62,087 nucleotides of DNA from an uncultured Methanospirillum sp. (GTDB lineage Archaea; Halobacteriota; Methanomicrobia; Methanomicrobiales; Methanospirillaceae), in contig CAZWTX010000005.1 in the NCBI GenBank assembly GCA_964637135.1, positions 62,001 through 124,087 of the forward strand, given 5' to 3'. Every line of letters starts with the position of its first letter. Position 1 is the stretch's first letter. The translations under genes were made by a program, and so were the position numbers. Under the pieces are notes generated by a model, which was given only the letters and a program-made list of their open reading frames with translations, was not told where the DNA came from and did not search any database. Of this stretch, positions 54,892-62,087 are shown in pieces.

Positions 54892-55874
54892 AAAAACTCT
54901 TTGTGGATGCACGACCATGGGACAAGGAACTCGTGGTAACCGCCCTTGAATCAGGGGCAGACGGAGTATTCGTAGAATCCGCAGAACCGGTGAGTGATCT
55001 CGGGAAGATCCTGACCATTGCTCCGGACGGGGATCTCATCCCCGGAACAGATATCCACGAGATAACCATCTCGTCAACAGAGGAGCAGGAAATTGCGATG
55101 GAACTCGCAAAAAGAGGTGCCATCATCGTTCATACCCCTGACTGGACGATCATCCCGCTTGAAAACCTCGTAGCCGTCGGAAGAGAAGTCATTGCATCGG
55201 TAACAACCCGTGAAGAGGCAGTAACAGCACTCACCATTCTTGAGCACGGGGTATCCGGCGTTCTCGTGAAAACGAGTGATCCGGATGTTATCCGGGATAT
55301 TGCCAGCCTTATCCAGCAGGAGACCTGCCGGATCCCTCTTGTTCCGCTGACAGTCCGTTCTGTTCAGCCTGCCGGGATGGGAGACCGGGTCTGCGTTGAT
55401 ACCTGCACGATGATGCAGGATGGCGATGGGATGCTCGTTGGAAACACCTCATCCGGGCTTGTCCTGGTCCATGCAGAGACCCTCGACAACCCGTATGTCG
55501 CATCCCGTCCCTTCAGGGTGAATGCCGGGGCTGTTCATTCATATCTCCAGGTTCCTGACGGAAAAACAGCATACCTGGCAGACATCAGGACCGGGAACAA
55601 GACCCTCATCATCCATGCTGACGGATCCTGCCGGATCAGCACGGTCGGACGGGTGAAGATAGAACGGCGACCCCTCCTCCTTGTTGAAGCGGAATACCAG
55701 GGCAGGCAGGTCTCGGCAATCCTTCAGAATGCCGAGACAATACGGGTGGCCCAGCCGGGAGGAGGAGCACTCCCGGTAACGAAACTCTCCCCGGGAGACA
55801 CCATTCTCGGGCTTGTCATGGAGGGTGGCCGGCATTTCGGAATGGCAGTCAGGGAGACCATTCTCGAGAAATGA
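54888..55874 (+). CDS. 3-dehydroquinate synthase II (archaeal type)
   Basis: DWTIIPLENL, GDRVCVD, RPFRVNAGAVHSY, GRVKIERRPL, LQNAETIR, RHFGMAVRETILEK. Confidence 0.95.
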   Translation: MKKLFVDARPWDKELVVTALESGADGVFVESAEPVSDLGKILTIAPDGDLIPGTDIHEITISSTEEQEIAMELAKRGAIIVHTPDWTIIPLENLVAVGREVIASVTTREEAVTALTILEHGVSGVLVKTSDPDVIRDIASLIQQETCRIPLVPLTVRSVQPAGMGDRVCVDTCTMMQDGDGMLVGNTSSGLVLVHAETLDNPYVASRPFRVNAGAVHSYLQVPDGKTAYLADIRTGNKTLIIHADGSCRISTVGRVKIERRPLLLVEAEYQGRQVSAILQNAETIRVAQPGGGALPVTKLSPGDTILGLVMEGGRHFGMAVRETILEK

Positions 55875-56698
55875 TGATAGCAGGAATTATCGGGGGAACC
55901 GGCGGGATGGGCAGTTTTTTCGCCGATGTATTTAAAAAAGCAGGGTGGGAGGTACTCATCTCCGGAAGAAAAACAGAACTGACCACCGAAGATCTGGTTT
56001 CGCAGGCAGATCTTGTTATGATCTCGGTCCCGATCCGTGAGACCGTCCGGGTAATCGAATCGGTTATTCCGTACCTCCGCAGAGATCAGATCCTCACTGA
56101 TCTCACATCCATGAAGATAGAACCGGTCAGAGCGATGCTTCAATCGCCTGCCGAGGTCATTGGTCTTCACCCCATGTTCGGTCCGTCGGTATCCTCCCTT
56201 GCCGGGCAGACAATTGTTGCCACACCGGTCAGGGCGAAACCGGAGACATTCACCCGGATAATGAATGTGTTTGAACACCAGGGGGCCAGGATTACCGTAT
56301 CAACACCGGAAGAACATGACCGGATGATGGCAGTAATCCAGGGGCTGACACATTTCAAGGCCATCGTTCTTGCAGGGGCGATGAGACGGCTCGGTGTTTC
56401 TCCGGCAGAAACCGAACCGTTCATGAGTCCGGTGTACCGGATAGAGACGGGTATTGCCGGAAGACTGCTGGCACAAAGCCCTGAACTCTATGCAGATATC
56501 CTGACTAATAACCCGGAAGTCCCGAAAACACTCAGAACATGTATTCAGGCAGCAGAAGAACTCCTTTCCATCATTGAGACGAAGAACGTTCCAGGATTTG
56601 AACATGAATTCCTTCTGAACCGGGAATGGTTCGGTGATTATTGCAGGCGATCCCTTGATGAGACAAACCATATCATCGATCGGATGGTGAAGGAGTGA
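55871..56698 (+). CDS. tyrA: Prephenate dehydrogenase
   Basis: GIIGGTGGMG, DLTSMK, HPMFGP, EEHDRMMAVIQGLTH. Confidence 0.93.
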   Translation: MMIAGIIGGTGGMGSFFADVFKKAGWEVLISGRKTELTTEDLVSQADLVMISVPIRETVRVIESVIPYLRRDQILTDLTSMKIEPVRAMLQSPAEVIGLHPMFGPSVSSLAGQTIVATPVRAKPETFTRIMNVFEHQGARITVSTPEEHDRMMAVIQGLTHFKAIVLAGAMRRLGVSPAETEPFMSPVYRIETGIAGRLLAQSPELYADILTNNPEVPKTLRTCIQAAEELLSIIETKNVPGFEHEFLLNREWFGDYCRRSLDETNHIIDRMVKE

Positions 56699-57489
56699 CC
56701 CTGATCACCCTTGGTCCCGAAGGGACGTTTTCCCATATCCTCGCAGAAATGATCGATGAGGAAGTCATTCTCGTTCCGACCATCGGACAGGTATTCAGGG
56801 AAGTTGTGAATACCGGAATCCCCGGGCTCGTTCCCCTAGAGAACATCGAAGCCGGAAGCGTTGCAGCAACCCTTGACGGTTTGCTTCAGTATGAGGTCTC
56901 AATCACCCGTGATGCATACCTGCCGGTTCATCATACTCTGGCCTCAGAGGGTCAGTTCAACGAGATCAGGGTAATCTATGCCCATCCACAGAGCCATGAA
57001 CAATGCAGCAGGAAGATAGAGGAACTCGGGATACCGGTTATTCACACCGTGAGTAATGCGGCGAGTGCGGCTGAAGCAGCAAAAAACCCGGATTCAGGCG
57101 CAATCATTTCATCACTGCTTGCCGAAAAGTACCATCTCACCGTTCATGAGGACCGGATCGAGAATAATCCTGCCAACCAGACACGGTTCATCATCATTGA
57201 AAAAGAGCCGGCAGTCATGGATAATCCGCAAAAATGCAGTCTCATTGTCGATCCCGGGGAGAATCGTGCAGGCCTTCTTTACGATCTTCTCCTTCCCTTC
57301 AAGGAAGGAAATGTCAACCTGGCGAGAATTGAATCACGACCCTCAAAACGAAGCATGGGTAGTTACATATTTTTCCTTGACCTGAACTGTGCCGGGGAAT
57401 GGACCCGGGCAATAGATCAACTCTCACAGCTGACCACGGTCAGGCACCTCGGATGTTACCGGACCTGGGAAGGTGAGAGATGGAAGTAA
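56695..57489 (+). CDS. pheA: Prephenate dehydratase (with ACT domain, no chorismate mutase domain)
   Basis: LGPEGTFS, VPLEN, HPQ...QC, NQTRF, NLARIESRPS. Confidence 0.94.
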   Translation: MTLITLGPEGTFSHILAEMIDEEVILVPTIGQVFREVVNTGIPGLVPLENIEAGSVAATLDGLLQYEVSITRDAYLPVHHTLASEGQFNEIRVIYAHPQSHEQCSRKIEELGIPVIHTVSNAASAAEAAKNPDSGAIISSLLAEKYHLTVHEDRIENNPANQTRFIIIEKEPAVMDNPQKCSLIVDPGENRAGLLYDLLLPFKEGNVNLARIESRPSKRSMGSYIFFLDLNCAGEWTRAIDQLSQLTTVRHLGCYRTWEGERWK

Positions 57490-58754
57490 CCATGGGTAAG
57501 TGCCGGCCGGTCCGGGGGACCATCCGGGCTCCCCCTTCAAAAAGTTACACCCACCGGGCACTCATTCTTGCCGGCCTTGCAGACGGACCTTCATGCATCA
57601 CCGGTCAGCTTGATGCAGATGATACCCGGATGACGGCACGTGCGCTCATGTCACTCGGGGTCAGGATCGACTGGTCGCAGGATACTATAATGGTTCATGG
57701 CAGGGGGAACCATCTCACCAGTCCTGCATCAGCGATTGATACCGGTGATTCCGGAACGACAATGCGGCTGATGACTGCGGTATCACTCCTCGCCGATCAA
57801 CCGGTTATTCTGACCGGGAGTTCCCGGATGAAAGAGCGTCCGATTGGGACACTGGTAAATGCGCTGAACCAGTCCGGTGCAGAGATAACGTTTCTGGAAA
57901 ATGAGGGATTCCCGCCGATCCGGATCTCTGGACACCTTACTGGAGGCGTGATCACCATCGACGGAAGTATCTCAAGCCAGTTCATATCCTCACTTCTCAT
58001 CGCTTCTCCGTATGCCAGCAATGATACTGAGATTCGAATCACCGGTAACCCGGTCTCCACCCCATACATCTGCCTGACACTCCGGATGATGGAAGTGTTC
58101 GGGGTTGGGGTCAGGAATGATTCGGATACCCGGTTCCTGATCAGTGCAGGACAGCATTACCAGCCGGTATCATACCGGGTTGAAGGAGATTATTCTTCGG
58201 TATCCTACTGGCTGGCTCTTGCTGCCGTTACCGGGGGATCAATCCGGGTGACCGGCCTGAATCAGGATTCCCTCCAGGGAGATCGCCGGATCCTCGACAT
58301 CCTTGTCGCCATGGGCTGCCATGCTGACTGGGACGGGGAGGATCTCCTCTTCTCAGGGGGAAACCTGACCGGGATCGAGGTTTCCATGGATGATTGTCCG
58401 GATATCATCCAGACCATCAGTATCGTTGCCGCCTGTGCAACCGGCCCGTCCACGATTCGCGGGATCCACCATCTTCGATCAAAAGAGAGTGACCGGGTTG
58501 AAGCGATCCGAAAAGGTCTATCTGATCTCGGGGGTGAAGTTATGGTATCTCAGGACTGGCTGACCGTTCAACCACGACCACTTCACGGAGGGGTGATCCA
58601 TGCCCGGAACGATCACCGGACTGCCATGAGTTTCGCAATACTCGGCTGTGCCATCGGTGGTGTTACGATCCTTGATGCCGGATGTGTATCCAAATCATAC
58701 CCTGAATTCTGGAAGGAGCTGAACAAGATATGGCAGACCGCCGAATCGTGCTGA
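57480..58754 (+). CDS. aroA: 3-phosphoshikimate 1-carboxyvinyltransferase (EPSP synthase)
   Basis: PPSKSYTHRA, SGTTMR, SSQFISSLL, KESDR, DHRTAMS, KSYPEF. Confidence 0.96.
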   Translation: MEVTMGKCRPVRGTIRAPPSKSYTHRALILAGLADGPSCITGQLDADDTRMTARALMSLGVRIDWSQDTIMVHGRGNHLTSPASAIDTGDSGTTMRLMTAVSLLADQPVILTGSSRMKERPIGTLVNALNQSGAEITFLENEGFPPIRISGHLTGGVITIDGSISSQFISSLLIASPYASNDTEIRITGNPVSTPYICLTLRMMEVFGVGVRNDSDTRFLISAGQHYQPVSYRVEGDYSSVSYWLALAAVTGGSIRVTGLNQDSLQGDRRILDILVAMGCHADWDGEDLLFSGGNLTGIEVSMDDCPDIIQTISIVAACATGPSTIRGIHHLRSKESDRVEAIRKGLSDLGGEVMVSQDWLTVQPRPLHGGVIHARNDHRTAMSFAILGCAIGGVTILDAGCVSKSYPEFWKELNKIWQTAESC

Positions 58755-60112
58755 TCGGGTACCGGGGGACCGGAAAAACCACCTTGTCAGCTCTCCTCCA
58801 GGAGCGGCTTGGCAGAACTGGTACAGATACCGATCACCTCATAGAAGAGAAAGCAGGGCGGGCCATTGCAGATATTTTTTCAGAATATGGTGAGCAGCGG
58901 TTCAGGGAGATGGAGGAAGAGGTCATCAGAACCCTTCCCGGAGATATGATGATTATCAGCACGGGAGGCGGGGCAGTACTGAACCCGGTAAATGTCGCTT
59001 CCCTGAGAAGAGACAGCCTGATGATCTACCTCGATGCTGATCCAGGGGTCATTGCGGAGAGAATTTCCGGATCAGGCAGACCATCCCTGACCGGCAGACC
59101 TCCCGAAGAGGAAGTGAGATCAGTCCTTGCAGACCGCCTTTCGGCATACCGGAGTGCTGCTGATGTGAGGGTAGACACTTCCGCAGCCTCCCCGGATGAG
59201 AGCGTCATAGAGATCATGGCGTACCTCACCCATGGCCCTGGGAAGGCAGATGCACGATCTGATCTCATATCAGCCGTACAAAATACCCAAATACCCCAAA
59301 CCGAACAGCAGATCCTTGATATAATAAAGGCCCGGAATGATATCATCCTGTACGGTATTCTGGGAAACCCATGCATGCACAGCCTTTCCCCACGAATCTG
59401 GAATCGTCTCTTCCATGAATACCGGATGCCTGCTCATTACACCTGGTTTGAAATGCCTGATCCGGGTGTTTTTCTGGAACGCGCCTCTGATGCAGGAATA
59501 CGCGGACTTTCCGTGACCATCCCCCATAAGGAGACAATCATACCATATTTATCTGAAGTCAGGCATGATGCATCAACGATCGGGGCAGTAAACACGGTAC
59601 TCATCCAGGACGGGAAAACATTCGGGTACAATACCGACTGGAAGGGGGTATACCGGCCACTCGAAGGTGCCGGAGGAGAGAAGGCGGTAATTATCGGGGC
59701 AGGAGGGGGTGCAGCCGCTGCAGCATATGCACTGGACATGCGGGGATATTCGACGTACATCCTGAACCGGACGGTGGAACGGGCAGAGAACCTTGCTGCA
59801 CGATTTGGTGCTGAAGCCGGTCCGGTATCGCTTGTTGAATCACTCCGTCCCGATCTGATCGTCAATACGACACCGATCGGCATGGGAAATGACTCGAGGA
59901 TTCCCGTACCGCTTTCAGTCCTGAAACCAGGAGTCAGGGTCTTTGATTTCGTATACACCCCGGCAGATACTCCCCTCCTCAGGGCAGCCCTTGAGCGGGG
60001 ATGTTTCGTTATCCCGGGTACCGAGATGTTCATCCACCAGCTTGCTGAACAGTTTAAAATCCTCACTGGGATCGAGGTTCCGACCAACCATATCAGGGAA
60101 ATGATGTCATGA
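58730..60112 (+). CDS. Bifunctional shikimate kinase (bacterial AroK type) - shikimate dehydrogenase (AroE) fusion
   Basis: N-part LIGYRGTGKTT, FREME, STGGG, GRPSL; C-part GNPCMHSLSP, SVTIPHKE, GAVNT, YNTDW, GAGG, NRT, NTTPIGM. Confidence 0.93.
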   Translation: MADRRIVLIGYRGTGKTTLSALLQERLGRTGTDTDHLIEEKAGRAIADIFSEYGEQRFREMEEEVIRTLPGDMMIISTGGGAVLNPVNVASLRRDSLMIYLDADPGVIAERISGSGRPSLTGRPPEEEVRSVLADRLSAYRSAADVRVDTSAASPDESVIEIMAYLTHGPGKADARSDLISAVQNTQIPQTEQQILDIIKARNDIILYGILGNPCMHSLSPRIWNRLFHEYRMPAHYTWFEMPDPGVFLERASDAGIRGLSVTIPHKETIIPYLSEVRHDASTIGAVNTVLIQDGKTFGYNTDWKGVYRPLEGAGGEKAVIIGAGGGAAAAAYALDMRGYSTYILNRTVERAENLAARFGAEAGPVSLVESLRPDLIVNTTPIGMGNDSRIPVPLSVLKPGVRVFDFVYTPADTPLLRAALERGCFVIPGTEMFIHQLAEQFKILTGIEVPTNHIREMMS

Positions 60113-61116
60113 ACACCTTCGGTTCACGATTCAGGATCACCACCTTTGGTGAAAGCCATGGTAAGGCAATTGGAGTGGTCATCGACGGATGCCCTGCCGG
60201 CATACCCCTTACTCCTGCAGATATCCAGCCGTTCCTGGATCGACGCCGACCGGGTTCATCAGACCTGGTAACCCCGCGTAAGGAAGCAGACCGGGTAGAG
60301 ATTATGAGCGGAGTTTTTGAGGATACCACCATCGGAACTCCGGTTGCCCTGCTGATAGCAAATACCTCGATGCAATCAGGTGATTACGAGGCATTCAGAT
60401 CTGTTTTCCGCCCTGGACATGCTGATTTCACGTACCAGGCAAGATACGGAATCCGTGACCACCGTGGAGGTGGACGCAGTTCAGGACGTGAGACTGCTGC
60501 CCGGGTCGCGGCAGGAGCCGTTGCCATATCATGTCTCAACCGGCGGGGTATTACTCTGTCCGGCAGGATTACAGAGATCCATGGCATCCGGGAACCCGCC
60601 CGGTATGAAGATGAGATACGCCAGGCAATCGCAGACGGGGACTCGGTCGGGGGTATTATTGAGATCAGGATCGCCGGATGTCCGCCGGGAATCGGGGATC
60701 CGGTCTTTGGAAAACTCGATGCCCTGTTTGCGTATGCCATGATGAGTGTCGGGGGAGTAAAAGGGATCGGGATCGGAAGCGGGTTTGATGCAGCACGGAT
60801 GCGGGGATCAGAACACAACGATCCCATTCTCCCGGACGGTTTCGGATCAAACCATGCAGGGGGGATTCTCGGGGGGATATCCACGGGCCAGGATATCATC
60901 ATAACCCTTGCTGTAAAACCCACGCCATCTATCAGAAAAGAACAGCAGACCATTGACCGGGCAAAAAACCCGGTGACAATATCGGTGAACGGACGGCACG
61001 ATCCCTGCATCGCCCTGAGAATCGTCCCGGTTGCCGAAGCAATGGCAGCCCTCGTCCTCATGGACGCCATCATGCAGTACGATGCAGACATCCCCTGGAG
61101 AGAGGAAGGAACCTGA
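60109..61116 (+). CDS. aroC: Chorismate synthase
   Basis: TTFGESHG, RPGHAD, GGGRSSGRET, NHAGGILGGIS, GRHDPC. Confidence 0.97.
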   Translation: MNTFGSRFRITTFGESHGKAIGVVIDGCPAGIPLTPADIQPFLDRRRPGSSDLVTPRKEADRVEIMSGVFEDTTIGTPVALLIANTSMQSGDYEAFRSVFRPGHADFTYQARYGIRDHRGGGRSSGRETAARVAAGAVAISCLNRRGITLSGRITEIHGIREPARYEDEIRQAIADGDSVGGIIEIRIAGCPPGIGDPVFGKLDALFAYAMMSVGGVKGIGIGSGFDAARMRGSEHNDPILPDGFGSNHAGGILGGISTGQDIIITLAVKPTPSIRKEQQTIDRAKNPVTISVNGRHDPCIALRIVPVAEAMAALVLMDAIMQYDADIPWREEGT

Positions 61117-61129
61117 TCGGACAGGCCAT

Positions 61130-62087
61130 ATGAAACCCTGCCCTATTCATCTCCCTGAGCTGCTCTCACCAGCGGGTTCTTTTGATGCACTCTGCATGGC
61201 TATTGCAGCCGGGGCAGATGCGGTGTACCTCGGAGGCCGGGCATTCGGTGCACGGCAGTATGCAAAAAACTTTTCCGATGAGGAACTTCGTGAGGCCGTC
61301 AATCATGCACACCTCAGGGGAGTGAAGGTATACGTCACCATCAATACTCTGGTTCATGATACTGAAATTTCCGGCATCATCGGGTTCATCAGATATCTGC
61401 ATTCAATCCGGGTGGATGCAGTCCTTGTACAGGACAGGGGCCTGTTATCGGTCATCAGAAACACCTGTCCTGATCTCGAAATTCATGCTTCGACCCAGAT
61501 GGGGATCCATAATATTCCTGGAGCAGTTCTTGCCGCACACTCCGGCTGCCGCAGGATAGTACCGGCCCGGGAACTCCGGGAAGAAGAGATCAGGTCTCTT
61601 GCCAAAGCCCTGAACCCATATGGCACTGAACTTGAGGTCTTTATCCATGGTGCCCTCTGTTACGGGTATTCCGGGTACTGCCTTCTTTCTTCATTCATCG
61701 GGGGTCGTTCCGGGAACCGGGGGATGTGCGCACAACCCTGCAGGAAGTTATACCATCTCGTCGCCGGAACCAGCGATAATTATGGCCGCATTACCGATCA
61801 TCACCAGGTACCGCAAGGGAATGCATTCCTTATGTCAACCAGGGATCTCTGTCTCTATCCCGTGCTTCCCTCCATCATCTCTCTCCCGGTGGCTTCCCTG
61901 AAGATAGAGGGGAGAATGCGATCCCCCCGATATGTGGCCACTGTCACCGCCATCTATCGCCATGCCCTGGATCAGATTAGGTCTGGCTCCTTCTCTCCTG
62001 TTCAGGATGATATCCAGGATCTTCTCCTGGCTTTTTCCCGTGATTTCACAACCGGGTATATCTCGGGGAACACCTCCGGTGATGTGA
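61130..62087 (+). CDS. U32 family peptidase-like protein (partial, runs off the window; not in the ORF track)
   Basis: Hand translation from ATG 61130: MKPCPIHLPELLSPAGS...GADAVYLGG..FGAR...HASTQ...HGALCYGYSG.C...SGNRGMCAQPCR...LKIEGRMR. Confidence 0.9.
   Translation, partial: MKPCPIHLPELLSPAGSFDALCMAIAAGADAVYLGGRAFGARQYAKNFSDEELREAVNHAHLRGVKVYVTINTLVHDTEISGIIGFIRYLHSIRVDAVLVQDRGLLSVIRNTCPDLEIHASTQMGIHNIPGAVLAAHSGCRRIVPARELREEEIRSLAKALNPYGTELEVFIHGALCYGYSGYCLLSSFIGGRSGNRGMCAQPCRKLYHLVAGTSDNYGRITDHHQVPQGNAFLMSTRDLCLYPVLPSIISLPVASLKIEGRMRSPRYVATVTAIYRHALDQIRSGSFSPVQDDIQDLLLAFSRDFTTGYISGNTSGDV

Overview
Core-chromosome segment of a methanogenic archaeon; gene content and protein sequences point to Methanomicrobiales, Methanospirillum-like (inference). 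It carries replication genes (PCNA, PriL, two RFC small subunits, MCM, gyrBA), lysine/aspartate-semialdehyde genes (dapA, dapB, asd), archaeal CoA synthesis (coaBC, pantoate kinase, phosphopantothenate synthetase), a bacterial-type groES-groEL with a divergent wHTH regulator, two secreted subtilase-family proteases, two PAN proteasome ATPases, tRNA-Pro(UGG), tRNA-Ala(GGC) and an eight-gene aromatic amino acid operon. No CRISPR array, transposase or integrase was seen. The most notable observation is in front of the aromatic operon: a short ORF (53091..53282) ending in FFFFLFFFSYFTYFWC (12 aromatic codons in 15: 9 Phe, 2 Tyr, 1 Trp), followed by two mutually exclusive hairpins, one of which hides the Shine-Dalgarno of the first gene. 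This looks like a ribosome-mediated leader-peptide attenuator (pheL/trpL-like logic) in an archaeon. Also found: a ferredoxin missed by the ORF track, a methyltransferase that appears to start at CTG, and an operator-like palindrome upstream of groES.
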